From NCBI GenBank assembly GCA_963816185.1, contig CAWFJJ010000024.1, positions 448,001 to 512,000 of the forward strand: DNA of 64,000 bases. Direction: 5' to 3'. Below are positions 43,448 to 54,300 of this stretch, one piece after another. Made by a program: the position numbers and the translations under genes. The stretch's first letter is position 1. Every line of letters begins with the position of its first letter. A model generated the notes under the pieces. The model worked only from the letters and a program-made list of their open reading frames with translations. It was not told where the DNA came from and did not search any database. Origin of the DNA: Thermoanaerobaculia bacterium (GTDB lineage: Bacteria; Acidobacteriota; Thermoanaerobaculia; UBA5066).

Positions 43448-44843
43448 ATGAAAGGGGAAGAGCGGGAGCGCGAATCGCCGGGCGGCCGCAACGCGACTCC
43501 GCAGCGCTCGGCGCTCTCCGTCGGGTTCATCGGTCCCCTCCCGCCCACACGCTCCGGCATCGCCGACTACGACGCCGAAATCCTCTCTTCCCTTTCTAAG
43601 AATTCTTCTCTTTCGGTCTCTTCGTATGAACCGGCCGACGCAGCCGCCGCGCTGAAGGCGAAGCACCACGTCCTTCTCTTCGAGATCGGCAACGACCCGA
43701 TGCACGCGCCGTCGGTCGAGGCGCTCTTCGATCCCGGGCGCCGGACTCCCGCCGTGGTCGTTCTGCACGAGTTCGTTCTCCACCACCTTTTCGCAGCGGC
43801 TTATCTGACGCGCTCCCGGCCGGAGGACTACGCGCGCGAGCTCGAGCGGGCTCACGGCGCACGGGGAAGAGCCTTTGCTGCGACGCGGCAAAACGGCTCC
43901 TTCGTCCCCGTCTGGGACCTCGACCCGTGGCTCTACCCGATGTCCGCCGGGGTGATTCGCGCCGCCGAGGCGGTGGTCTCGCACTCGGCGCTCGTGACCG
44001 GTGCGGTGCTCGCCGAGTGCCCGGGCACCCGCGCCCTCACGATCCCTCAGCACGTCGCGCCCGCCCCAAGGACGCCGCTCCTCGAAGCACGCGAAGCGCT
44101 CGGTTTTCCGCAGGGACCGGCCGGCGGGCATCACGCTCGGCATCGTGTCGCCCGCAAAACGCATCGGAAAGATCCTCGAGGCCCTCGCAACGCTCCCGCC
44201 CGACCGCCGGCCGTTCTTCTTCATCGGAGGATCGGTGGCCGAAGACGACGTCCTCCGTTCCATGGTGCGGGAGAGCGGCCTCGATGGGGACGTGAAGTTC
44301 GGCGGCTATCTCTCGGAGGAGGACCTCTGGCGGGCGGCCTCGGCATCGACGTTCGCCGTGAACCTCCGCCACCCCACGATGGGGGAGACGTCTCACGCCG
44401 TGTGCCGTCTCGCGGGCTTCGGCCTGCCGCTCGTCGTCTCCGACACAGGCTGGTTTCGCGAGCTCCCCGACTCGTTCGCCGACAAGATCCCGATCGGGGG
44501 AGACGAGGTCGCGGATCTCGCACGGGTCATGGAGCGCCTCGCGTTCGAGCCCGACCTCGCCCGCGAGCGGGGCCGCGCGGCATCCGAGTGGGGAGTGCCT
44601 CGGCGGCCCGAGCGCATCGCGGAAGCCTACCGGGTAGTGCTCGAAGAGGCGGCCATGGGTTGGTCGCGGCCTCGCGGCATGTCGGGGCGCGTGGCCGAAG
44701 CGCTCGCGCGCCTGGGTGTTGGACAGAGGGGAATGCACGGCGCCACGAGCCGCATGCCCGACGGGATCCTCTTGGCGGAGGTCGCGTCGCGTGCGACGGG
44801 TATCCTGCCGAGGGTGATGGAGAGAGAAAGGGATTTTGCCTAG
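43448..44843 (+). CDS. Glycosyltransferase family 4, frameshifted near 44110
   Basis: PLPP.RSGIADY, IGN...H, VVLHE.VLHH in ORF 43448; G.V.P.KR, NLR.PTMGETS, PLVVSD.GWF.ELP in ORF 44001. Confidence 0.85.
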
Positions 44844-44891
44844 GAAGAGGAGAGAATTTCTTAGAAGGGAACAGGGCCTGCGGCGCGCTCG

Positions 44892-45875
44892 TCACATTGG
44901 AAACCGGCTGCGCAAATCGATCCGCAGCAGGACATCCGGAGCCACCGCGAGGGCGGCCTCGATTTCCTTTCTAAGAAATCCTAAATTGATCCCTCCCTCG
45001 TCATCCCCGAATTGATCGAGCTTTGCTTTCGCGAGCGCCAAGAGGCGCTTCGCCGGCTCGGCATTGCCGCGCTCGATGTGTACGCATGCCGCCGCGAGCT
45101 GGATGAGAGCCTGCAGAAAGACCTTGTCTTCGCCTTTGCTTTCCTTCCAGAGCAGCTCCCACTCTTCGTGGGCCTCGAAGAAGCGCCCGGCCCGGAAATC
45201 CGTGACTCCTTTCCCGAAGTCCGGCGACGCGGCGCCTCCGAACCGCGCGGGGGTCTCGGGGACGACGGAGATCGGCGCGAGGAAACCGCGCGCGAGGAGC
45301 TCCGTCGCCAGGAGGTCGGGGTCCGTCACGACGAAGCCGTCGATGCCGAGCTTCCGCGCGGCGTCGATGAGGTCCGCGCGGTCGTCGGCGTAGAGAGCAT
45401 CCTCTCGCCGCGCTCCGGATAGTGCGAGAGCCGCGTCGTAGTGCGCGGGATCGGGCTTGGCGACGCCGACCTCGAAAGACAGCGCCCTGAGAGGGACGAG
45501 ACGCGGCAGCTCCGGCGCGACGCGGAGGACGCCTTCCCAGTGGAGAGCGTTCGTGTTGGAGACGAGCACGGGCACGACGTCGGGCTCGAGGCGGCTCAGC
45601 GCGGCGAGAGCCGTAGGGACCGCGATGAAGATGTCGCGCCAGGCCGGGATCCAGACGTCGTCGTCGAGCCGGGGTATCCCGGCGGCGCGCTCGGCGGCGC
45701 GAAAGAAAGCGCGCGCCGTGATTCGTCCGAGACCGAATTCGTGCTCGAGCGCGCCGAAGAGGTGCGGGCGAAGGGTCTCGAAAGGCAGGCCGGCGGCCGC
45801 CTCGATCCGCCGGAGCGTCAGGTCGTGATCGAACCGGATGAGAACGTTGCCGAGGTCGACGAGGAGGGCTCGCAG
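44892..45875 (-). CDS. HAD-family phosphatase fused to a DUF309 domain; probable CTG start
   Basis: LLVDLGNVL (motif I, upstream of GTG 45575), SNTN..H, S.E.G..KPD...Y, DD; C-terminal F..G.FFEAHE.WE..W, Q.LIQ.AA...H..RGN. Confidence 0.82.
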   Translation of the reverse strand: MRALLVDLGNVLIRFDHDLTLRRIEAAAGLPFETLRPHLFGALEHEFGLGRITARAFFRAAERAAGIPRLDDDVWIPAWRDIFIAVPTALAALSRLEPDVVPVLVSNTNALHWEGVLRVAPELPRLVPLRALSFEVGVAKPDPAHYDAALALSGARREDALYADDRADLIDAARKLGIDGFVVTDPDLLATELLARGFLAPISVVPETPARFGGAASPDFGKGVTDFRAGRFFEAHEEWELLWKESKGEDKVFLQALIQLAAACVHIERGNAEPAKRLLALAKAKLDQFGDDEGGINLGFLRKEIEAALAVAPDVLLRIDLRSRFPM

Positions 45876-45887
45876 ACGGGCGCCCTT

Positions 45888-46707
45888 TCAGGGAAGGGCG
45901 GGCTGCCCGGTCAGGAGATAGGGATCCCCCGTGCGCAGATCGGTGACGGTCGCGTAACAGAGAGCGCGAGCGCCGTTCGAGAGATTGACGAAGACGGTGA
46001 GACGCCACGGGCCGCCCTCGGGGAGGAGAAGCCGAGGCGAAGTCGACATGGAAGATGTCATTGAGCTGGTGGAGCGAGAATGGGGGGACGGTCACGAGAA
46101 CGGTCTTGTATGGATTGCCATCCCAGTCCACGAGCTGGACGCCGGCCTCGAGGGGAACTCCGGTCGGGTTGATGACAACGGCGTTCGTCCGGTGGCTCGG
46201 GTCATTCGGGATTCCCGTGAGGTACAGGTCGCCGAGAATCGAGTTGTCGAATCCGACGGAATTGCGCAGCGGCTGGCCGGGGGAGAACTGACCGTACGTT
46301 CCGGGCACGGCGCCAGCGACGTTATATGTGTTGCTCGTGACCTGGACCGGCGTCGTCGATGAGCTCTTGATCTGAAGGAGGCCGTAGCTCGACCCGAACC
46401 CGAACGTCGACTGAACGATGTCCGGGAGCGTCACCGAGGCACGCGGTCCGAGATCGCCCGGGATGCGGTACGCGAGGCTCGCCGTCCCGTCGCGGTCGGC
46501 CTCCGTGTAGTACAGCGCGACGACTGCGGCGGAGAGAGGATCCGGATTGAAGATCGTGACGTCGGTTCGAAAGACGCCCGAGGCCCCGTTGATGTGCACG
46601 GCCGGAAGGAACGAGTCCGTCGATGAGATCGTGTCCGGCAGGGCAAGCCTTCCCGGGAGTACCAGGGCCGCGAGAAGGGCCGCCGCGGAAAGAGATGAAT
46701 TCTTCAT
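45888..46707 (-). CDS. Secreted beta-rich hypothetical protein, frameshifted near 46030
   Basis: Signal peptide; FLPAV...G..G.FRTDVTIFNP, TYGQF, RTN..V.N; shifted frame ends ...YATVTD.RTGDPYLL...* at 45888. Confidence 0.7.
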
Positions 46708-46747
46708 CGGTTTCTCCGTCGCCAGATTCTCACAGGGAAGGAGCTCG

Positions 46748-46785
46748 AAAACGAAAACGCCCCGGCGTCGCCGGGGCGTCTCGTT
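46748..46785 (-). terminator. Rho-independent terminator of the small lipoprotein gene
   Basis: Stem acgccccggc/gccggggcgt (46757-46779) followed on the minus strand by a T-rich tail. Confidence 0.75.
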
Positions 46786-46803
46786 GTTCCAGGAGCTCGC
46801 CGC

Positions 46804-47037
46804 TTACTTGGTTGCGGGCGCGGAGCTCGTCGTGGTCGTGGACGTCGTTGTGGTCGTGGAGGGCATGGTCGTCGTGCCGGTGCCGGGGGCTGTGGACGTC
46901 GTGGTGGTCTTGGAGGTCTCTTCGACGACCTTGGGCGCCTCCACCTTGACTTCGGGCTTCTTTTCCTCAGGCTTGTTGCAGGCCACGAGGGACGCTGCGA
47001 CGGCGACGAGGGCGAGGGCGGATGTGAACTTCTTCAT
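46804..47037 (-). CDS. Small Thr-rich lipoprotein
   Basis: MKK signal, lipobox LVAC, low-complexity Thr tail; AAGGAG ribosome-binding site. Confidence 0.85.
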   Translation of the reverse strand: MKKFTSALALVAVAASLVACNKPEEKKPEVKVEAPKVVEETSKTTTTSTAPGTGTTTMPSTTTTTSTTTTSSAPATK

Positions 47038-47175
47038 TTCGGGGTACTCCTTGCTGTGTGATCGATCAGGTCGTTAGTGGGCCTGTCTGAGAGGGAAAAT
47101 CCGGGACTCGAGGGACGTCTTCGGGAAACACAAACACCGTTATAGACGGTTCGTACCGCCTCGAGCTTCGCCAAG

Positions 47176-47203
47176 AGGATACGGGAATTCGGCCTTCTGT
47201 CAA
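47176..47203 (-). promoter_or_regulatory. Sigma70-type promoter candidate for the lipoprotein gene
   Basis: Minus strand TTGACA (47203-47198), 16 bp spacer, TATCCT (47181-47176). Confidence 0.6.
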
Positions 47204-47269
47204 GCCCATGAATGAGTTGGCCTCGAACTGTAGGTCCGGCTGGCCCTGATAGACTCCGCAGCCCGGGCG

Positions 47270-48571
47270 ATGTTCGAATCCCTCTCAAATCGACTCCAGC
47301 GCGTCTTCAAGGAGCTTCGCGGCGAGGGTCACCTCACCGAGTTCCACGTGGATGAAGCCCTGAAGGAGATCCGGACGGCGCTCCTCGAAGCAGACGTCAA
47401 CCTTCAGGTTGTCAAGGACTTCACGGCCCGCGTCAGGGAGAAGGCCGTCGGCCAGGAGGTCCTGACTTCGTTTTCGCCGACGCAGCAGGTGATCAAGATC
47501 GTCCGGGACGAGCTCACGCGGGTCCTCGGGGGCGAGCAGGCGCCGCTCGCCCTGAAGAAACGCCCCTCGGTGATCCTGCTCGTGGGCCTCCAAGGCTCGG
47601 GGAAGACGACGACCGCCGCAAAACTCGCCCTCCACCTGAAGACGTCGTTTCGAAAACACGTGCTCCTCGTCCCTGCCGACGTGCACCGTCCGGCGGCGAC
47701 CGAGCAGCTCCGGACGCTCGCGAAGGACAACGCCCTGATGGCGTTCGACCCGAAGGGCGAGCCGGACGCCGTCGTTCGCGCGAAGACGGCGGTGAAGGAC
47801 GCGAAGCTCCTCGGATACGACGTGGCCATCCTGGACACCGCGGGACGGCTGCACATCGACGAGGTCCTGATGGACGAGGTGGCGCGAATCCGCGACGCTT
47901 CCGAGCCCGACGAGATCCTCTTCGTGGCCGACGCGATGACGGGCCAGGACGCCGTCCGCTCGGCGGAAGCGTTCGCCGCGAAGCTCCCTCTGACCGGCGT
48001 GATCCTCACGAAGACGGACGGCGACGCGCGGGGCGGCGCCGCGCTCTCGATCGCGACCGTCGTGGGCAAGCCGCTGAAGTTCGTGGGCACGGGCGAGAAG
48101 GTGACCGAGCTGGAGCTCTTCCATCCGGACCGCGCGGCCTCGCGCCTTCTGGGTCTCGGCGACGTCCTCACGCTCATCGAGAAGGTCTCGGCGGAGACCG
48201 ACGAGGCCGCCGCCCTCCGCGCCGCCGAGAAGCTGCGCAAGAATACCTTCACGCTCACCGACCTCCGCGAGCAGATGGCGCAGCTCAAGAAGATGGGTCC
48301 TCTGGGCGGGCTCCTCGGACACCTCCCGAAGGTCGGGCCGCTCAAGGGGCTCGCGAACCTCGAGATTCCGGAGGACGCGACGAAGAGTCTGGAGGCCATG
48401 ATCGACTCGATGACCCCCGCGGAGCGCGAGGACCCGAAGCTCCTCGACGGCAGCCGCAAGAAGCGCATCGCGAAGGGCTCCGGCACGTCGGTGCCGGAAG
48501 TGAACCAGCTGCTGAAGCAGTATCTGTCGATGAAGAAAATGATGAAGGGCGCCGCGCGCATGCGCGGCTGA
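47270..48571 (+). CDS. ffh: Signal recognition particle protein Ffh
   Basis: GLQGSGKTTT, DTAGRL, DAMTGQDA, TK.DGDARGGAALS, M-domain SMT..ER..P. Confidence 0.97.
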   Translation: MFESLSNRLQRVFKELRGEGHLTEFHVDEALKEIRTALLEADVNLQVVKDFTARVREKAVGQEVLTSFSPTQQVIKIVRDELTRVLGGEQAPLALKKRPSVILLVGLQGSGKTTTAAKLALHLKTSFRKHVLLVPADVHRPAATEQLRTLAKDNALMAFDPKGEPDAVVRAKTAVKDAKLLGYDVAILDTAGRLHIDEVLMDEVARIRDASEPDEILFVADAMTGQDAVRSAEAFAAKLPLTGVILTKTDGDARGGAALSIATVVGKPLKFVGTGEKVTELELFHPDRAASRLLGLGDVLTLIEKVSAETDEAAALRAAEKLRKNTFTLTDLREQMAQLKKMGPLGGLLGHLPKVGPLKGLANLEIPEDATKSLEAMIDSMTPAEREDPKLLDGSRKKRIAKGSGTSVPEVNQLLKQYLSMKKMMKGAARMRG

Positions 48572-48602
48572 CCTTCGTCCGTCGAAAACGGAAGGAAACG
48601 TC

Positions 48603-48836
48603 ATGCTCAAGATCCGCCTGCGCCGCGTCGGCGGCACGAACGCCCCGGCGTACCGCATCGTCGTCTCGGACACCCGCCGCACGCCCACGGCCAAGATCGT
48701 CGAGGAGCTCGGCCACTACGACCCGACCAAGAACCCGCCGCGTCTCGAGTTCGACCGCGACAAGGCGAAGGCCTGGATCGCGAAGGGTGCGAGCGCGTCG
48801 GAAACCGTGCGGAAGCTCATCGCGAAGCCGGTCTGA
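48603..48836 (+). CDS. rpsP: 30S ribosomal protein S16
   Basis: MLKIRLRR.G....P.YRIVV.D.R, E.LG.YDP, W...GA. Confidence 0.96.
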   Translation: MLKIRLRRVGGTNAPAYRIVVSDTRRTPTAKIVEELGHYDPTKNPPRLEFDRDKAKAWIAKGASASETVRKLIAKPV

Positions 48837-48870
48837 GGCGCGCCCGACGGGCGCGCCCGGGAGCGATCGC

Positions 48871-49389
48871 ATGACCGCGCCGGAAGATCGCGTCGTCATT
48901 GGTCGAATCGTGAAGCCGCACGGCCTCAAGGGAGAGGTCGTCGTCGAGGTGTTGACGGATTTTCCGGAGAGATTCTCAGAAGGGTTGAGAGTCCGCCTCT
49001 CCGGCGGTGCTCACGAGGCGCGAGAGGTGCGCATCGCGGCGGTGCGCTCGCATCAAGGCCGCGTTCTCCTCACCTTCGAAGGAATTTCGGACGTTTCGAT
49101 GGCCGAGACGCTTCGGAACGCGGAGCTGAGCGTGAGCGCGCGGGACGTCGCTCCCCGACCCGAGGGCTACGTCTACCACTGGGAGATCGAGGGTGCGCTC
49201 GCCGTCGACGCGGCGGGTACCGTGCTCGGCCGCGTCACGGAGCTTGCCGACGCCGGGGGGCGCTCTCTTCTCGTCCTCGAGACGGCACGCGGCGCTCGTG
49301 AGGTGCCGTTTTCCAGCCCGATCGTGGTCTCGGTCGACGTCGCCGGGAAACGCATCGTCCTCGATCCGCCGCCGGGACTTCTGGACTAG
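48871..49389 (+). CDS. rimM: 16S rRNA processing protein RimM
   Basis: IGRI.KPHGLKGEV.V...TDFPERF; PRC-barrel ending PPPGLLD; operon position. Confidence 0.93.
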   Translation: MTAPEDRVVIGRIVKPHGLKGEVVVEVLTDFPERFSEGLRVRLSGGAHEAREVRIAAVRSHQGRVLLTFEGISDVSMAETLRNAELSVSARDVAPRPEGYVYHWEIEGALAVDAAGTVLGRVTELADAGGRSLLVLETARGAREVPFSSPIVVSVDVAGKRIVLDPPPGLLD

Positions 49390-49398
49390 GCTCGGCGC

Positions 49399-50145
49399 GT
49401 GCGGTTCGACATCGTCACTCTCTTCCCCGGTTACTTCGCGTCTCCGCTCGGGGAGTCTCTCGTGGGGCGCGCTTTGGAAACGGGGATCCTGGACGTCCAT
49501 CTCGTCGATCTTCGCGATTTCTCGGACGACCCCCATCGCAAGGTGGACGACGAGCCTTACGGAGGCGGGCCGGGGATGGTCCTCACCGCCCCTCCTGTCT
49601 TCGCGGCGGTCGAGGCTCTCAGGGCCGAGGAGAGCGCGCCGCCGCACGTCGTCCTCCTGTCGCCCCAGGGCCGGCGCTTCGACACGAGGTCCGCCCGGGA
49701 GCTCGCCGCGCGGCCGCGCGTCGCCCTCGTCTGCGGCCGCTACGAAGGGATCGACGAGCGGACGCGCGTCGCCGGCCTTTTCGACGGGGAGATTTCTCTC
49801 GGAGACTTCGTCCTTTCCGGAGGTGAAGCCGCCGCGCTCACGATCCTCGAAGCCGTATCCCGCTATCTCCCCGGTGTGGTCCAGGACGCCGCGAGCGTAT
49901 CGGCGGACAGCTTCGAAGACGGGCTGCTCGACTATCCGCATTACAGCCGCCCGCGGTCGTTCCGAGGGCTCGACGTGCCGGAGGTGCTGCTCTCCGGCCA
50001 CCACGAGGAGATCCGGAGGTGGCGCCGCGTAGAGCAGCTTCGCGCTACCTTCGAAAGGCGCCCGGACCTCCTTTGCGAGGCTCGGCTCGACGACGAGGAA
50101 AGAGCACTCCTGGAGAGACTTGCGAGAGAGCGGCGCTCGCCTTAG
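49399..50145 (+). CDS. trmD: tRNA (guanine37-N1)-methyltransferase
   Basis: VDD.PYGGGPGMV, LSPQG, CGRYEGIDER, SLGDFVLSGGE, LLDYPHY.RP. Confidence 0.97.
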   Translation: MRFDIVTLFPGYFASPLGESLVGRALETGILDVHLVDLRDFSDDPHRKVDDEPYGGGPGMVLTAPPVFAAVEALRAEESAPPHVVLLSPQGRRFDTRSARELAARPRVALVCGRYEGIDERTRVAGLFDGEISLGDFVLSGGEAAALTILEAVSRYLPGVVQDAASVSADSFEDGLLDYPHYSRPRSFRGLDVPEVLLSGHHEEIRRWRRVEQLRATFERRPDLLCEARLDDEERALLERLARERRSP

Positions 50146-50238
50146 AATCGCGTCTCACGGGTGAACGGTTTTCTTGGGGTGCCGGTCGAAGTGTCCCCGA
50201 GTGTTTCGTCCCGTCACCACGATTTTGGAGGTTCCGCG

Positions 50239-50589
50239 ATGACGGACAAACTACTGTTGGCCGAAAAGGCCGCCCTTCGCCCGGATGTTCCGCCTTTCTC
50301 TCCCGGCGACACCGTCAAGGTCCACGTGAAAGTCAAGGAGGGCGAGAAAGAGCGCGTCCAGGTGTTCCAGGGCCTCGTGATCGCCCGCAAGGGCGGCGGC
50401 GCGCGCGAGACGTTCACCGTGCGCAAGATCTCGCAGGGTGTCGGTGTGGAGCGCACCTTCCCGGTGCACTCGCCTGTGCTCGAGAAAATCGAGGTCGAGC
50501 GCCATGGCCAGGTGCGCCGTGCGAAGCTGTACTACCTTCGGGATCGCCGCGGCAAAGCCGCCCGCATCGCGGAGAAGCGCGACAACTGA
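50239..50589 (+). CDS. rplS: 50S ribosomal protein L19
   Basis: [44 protein letters not shown]. Confidence 0.97.
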   Translation: MTDKLLLAEKAALRPDVPPFSPGDTVKVHVKVKEGEKERVQVFQGLVIARKGGGARETFTVRKISQGVGVERTFPVHSPVLEKIEVERHGQVRRAKLYYLRDRRGKAARIAEKRDN

Positions 50590-50641
50590 CCCCGGAATCG
50601 CCGTGCCGGTGCGAAGCTCCGGCCGAAGGAAGCGAGGCACG

Positions 50642-51328
50642 ATGGGATCTGGCGGGAGTCGGAACGCATGCGACCTCGCGAGGGAGCGGGAGCGAGTGAA
50701 AGGGCTCTTCGTCATCGAGGAGGAAGCGCGCGCCCGAGGCCATGTCCTGATCGCGGGCGTGGACGAAGTCGGCCGCGGGTGTCTCGCCGGGCCTGTGTAC
50801 GCAGGCGCCGTCGTGTTCGACCGCCGCCTGACGCTGCCCGGCCTCGACGATTCCAAGGCGCTTTTTCCGGAGGTCCGTGAGGCCCTCGCGCCCCGGATCC
50901 GCGCGGCCGCGGTGGGCGCTGCGGTCGGTGCCGCGACGGCCGCCGAGATCGACGCGATCGGCATCGTCGCCGCCACTCTTCTCGCGATGCGCCGCGCCCT
51001 CGAGCTCCTGCGCGGCGCCGCTCTCGTCCCCTCGCTCGTCCTCGTCGACGCGGTGCGGGTCCCGGGGCTCGAGGCCGAGCAGCAGGCCTATATCCGCGGC
51101 GACGCCCGCGTGGCGGTGATCGCAGCCGCCTCGATCGTCGCGAAAGTGGAGCGCGACGCCCGCATGGACGAGCTTGCGAAGCGTTTTCCGTTCTATGGTT
51201 TCGAATCACACCGGGGATACGCGACACCCGAGCACATCTCCGCGCTCCGCCGTCACGGCCCCTCGCCGGAGCACCGGTTGACGTTCGACCGCGTCGTGGT
51301 CCGCCGCGGCGCGTCGAGAGCGGCGTAA
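50642..51328 (+). CDS. rnhB: Ribonuclease HII (start position uncertain)
   Basis: AGVDEVGRG.LAGPV, DDSK, VDA, GD.....IAAASIVAKV.RD, GY.T..H. Confidence 0.95.
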   Translation: MGSGGSRNACDLARERERVKGLFVIEEEARARGHVLIAGVDEVGRGCLAGPVYAGAVVFDRRLTLPGLDDSKALFPEVREALAPRIRAAAVGAAVGAATAAEIDAIGIVAATLLAMRRALELLRGAALVPSLVLVDAVRVPGLEAEQQAYIRGDARVAVIAAASIVAKVERDARMDELAKRFPFYGFESHRGYATPEHISALRRHGPSPEHRLTFDRVVVRRGASRAA

Positions 51329-51335
51329 GGCGATC

Positions 51336-54300
51336 ATGGCGAGCAAACGCGACGCTCTCGTGGCTTCGGCCGAGAAATCCCTCGCGAAGGGGAAGGTCGA
51401 CTCCGCCCTGAAGGACTACCAGAAGGTCCTCGAGGAGATTCCCGGCGACGTCAACATCCTGAACAAGGTCGGTGATCTCCTCACGCGCCTCAACCGCAAC
51501 GAGGAGGCCATCCCGTATTTCACGAAGATCGCCGAGCACTTCGCCCGCGACGGCTTCTTCCTGCGCGGCATCGCGATCTACAAGAAGATCAACCGGCTGG
51601 ATCCGTCCCGCCTCGACGTCTACGAGCGGCTCGCCGAGCTCTACGCGAAGCAGGGCCTCACGACGGAGGCGAAGAGCCAGTATCAGGTGCTCGCGGACTA
51701 TCACGCGAAGAACGACAACCCCGTCGCCGCGATGGGGATCTACCAGAAGATGGCGTTGACGGACCCGTCGAACATCCAGCTGCACGTCAAGCTGGCGGAT
51801 CTTTACTCGCAGGCGCGCCGCAAGATCGACGCCCTCAAGGAATACGCGATCGTCGCGGGGCTCCTACGCGAGCGCGGCGCTCTCGACGAGTCGATCCAGG
51901 TTTACGAGAAGGCGTTGCAGATGTCGCCGGACAACGCCGAGATCCTGCGCTCGTTCGTGCCGATTCTCCTGGAGTCGGGTCGTGCGCGCGACGCGCGCGT
52001 CGCCCTGCGCCGGGCGTTGGAGACGACGCCGCGGTCCGTGCCGCTGTTCCTGCTCTCGGCGGAAGCCGCGCTCGCCGAGAACGACGTGCGCGAGGCCCAG
52101 GAATGGGTGTCGAAGGCCCAGTCGATCGAGTCCTCGAGCGCCGAGGTGCTCGCGCTCGCCCTGAAGGTCCAGCAGGCCGGCGGCGCGATGACGTTGTCGT
52201 TCGAGTCCGCGGCGGTCCTCGCCGATCAGGCGATGCGGCGGGGCGAGGCGAAGAAGGCTCTTTCGATCCTCTCTCCGCTCGCGGAGGCGAATCCCGGTCG
52301 GGAGGACGTACTCTTGCGAGTCATTCAGGTCGCAGAAGCGGCCGGTGACACGAAGACGCTGATCCGCTGGCGGTCGGCGCTCGTGGATGCCCACAAGTCC
52401 ATGGGCCGCATCGGAGACGCCGCGACCGGCCTGCGCGCGCTGCTGCAGCTCGTGCCGGACTCCGCCGAGTACCGCACCCGGCTCGCCCAGCTCGAGCCTT
52501 CGGCGGCGCGCCCTGACGCGGACCGGAGCGGCCCAAGCGCTCAGCCGACGATCCCGGTCGTTCCTCCGCTCGAGACGAGCGGGAAACGCCCGCGCTCTTC
52601 CATGGAGATAAGCGCGCAGCGCCGCGTTCCCGTCGAGCCCGCCGTGCCGATTCCGCCGCCGCCCTCCTTCGCTCCGGCCTCTCCTGCCGCCGAAGCCGCC
52701 GAAGGCGAGTTCATCCTCGAGCTCGAGGACGATCAGCTCGTCCATGAACCCGGCTCGACCGGGCCGGTTCCGAATGCGGTCCGCCGCCTCTCGAAGCCCG
52801 GGACGGCCTCGTTTTCCCCGCCTTCCGCGCCGCCGCCCCTCGCGCCGCCCCCTGTGACGCTTCCTCCCGTAGAACCTCTCGAGCCTGCGCGGGAGGTCGA
52901 GGCTTCGATGTTCACACCCTCCCTGGACGAGGGAGTGCCGGGCTGGTCCGAGGCGCCGCGTCCGGCGCCGATCGAGACGGATTTCGAGGTCGAGACCGCG
53001 CTCCCGGCCGACGAGTTCCAGGTGCCGGTCGAGCCCGCGGAGCTCCCCTCGGTTCCCTCGGAAGCCGAGCCGATCGAGCTCTCGGGCGAGCCCCTTCCAG
53101 CCGTCGAGCAGCCGGCACCCGCCTCGGAGCCCGAGGCGCCGGCGGAAGAGGCTCTGGCTCCGGATGCGATCGAATCCGCGCTCGCCGAGGCGGACGTCTT
53201 CCGGAAGTACGGCCTCTACGACAAGGCCGTCGACCATCTCAGGGGAATCCTGAAGCGCGCGCCGGATACTCTTCCGCTTCGCGAGAAGCTCTTCGAGCTC
53301 GCTCTCGAGGGTGGACGAAAGAACGTCGCCATCGCCGAGGCCGAGCGGCTCAAGAGTCTCTACCGGACCGAGGGGCGCGACGATCGCGTCTCCGCGATCG
53401 ATGCGCTGCTCGTCGAGCGCACGAGCGCCGAGATGGGGGAGGCGAGCGAGTCGCATCCAGGCCTTCCGGCGGCCCTCAAGGACACTCTTCCGCGCGCGCG
53501 ACCTTCAAAGGAGCCCGTGTCCCCGGCCGCCCCTCCGGTCCCGGCAGCTCCGGTCGAGCCCGTCGAGCCTGCCGCGGCGGCGACCGAGCCTCCGGCCGAC
53601 GAGCTCCTCGAGATCGATTTTTGCCTCGAGCAGGGGATGGTCGTCGACGCTTCGGAGAGGCTTCAGACTCTGGAGCGCCTTTTCCCGGGGCACCCACAGC
53701 TCGCACGAAGGCGGTTGCGTCTCGAGGGTGGCGCAGCCGAGGACGCGCGGCCGGCCCTGCGAGACATCCTCTCGGAGGATTTCGAATCGGTTCTCGACGC
53801 CGAGCTTGGCCGGGCTCTGACGGACGAGATGGCGCGTGGCGCCGAGAGCGTTCCTCCTGCGACGCCCGTGCCGGGCCCCCCGGCTCCCCCCCTGGACGAG
53901 TCGTCGCTCTTCTCCGACGAGCAGGAGTTCTTCAACTTCGCGGGCGAGCTTCAGACGGAGATGAAGCAGGAGGCCGGCGCGCCCGCCGTCCCCGAGGTGA
54001 GCGGGGGCGACGTGCCGCTCGAGGAGATCTTCCGCGAGTTCAAGAAGGGCGTCGAGCAGCAGCTCTCGCCGGAGGACTTCGAGACGCACTACAACCTCGG
54101 CATCGCCTACAAGGAGATGTCCCTCACGGACGAAGCCATCAGCGAGTTTCAGAGAGCCGCGAAGAGCCCGCAGTACGCGGTGGAATGCTGCTCGATGCTG
54201 GGACTGTGCTTCCTGGAGAAGGGCCTCCCTCAGCTCGCGATCAAGTGGTACCGCAAGGGCCTCGACAACCCCGGAATCCGCGAGGAAGACCGCCTCGGCC

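Noticed and set aside
47038-47269. Possible SRP RNA (ffs) upstream of ffh
   Set aside because: No SRP helix-8 signature (CAGG..GGAA..AGCAG); the region is explained by divergent promoters
48837-48870. No KH-domain gene (khpA) between rpsP and rimM
   Set aside because: This gene is variably present in the operon across bacteria; not informative alone
50141-50147. CTTAGAA at the trmD stop as a full member of the motif family
   Set aside because: Counted as an exact match but it lacks the flanking consensus and doubles as the TAG stop and a possible TAGAAT -10 box for rplS; probably coincidental
52540-53900. Pro/Glu/Ala low-complexity repeats in the TPR protein
   Set aside because: Ordinary disordered linker with no DNA-level tandem periodicity
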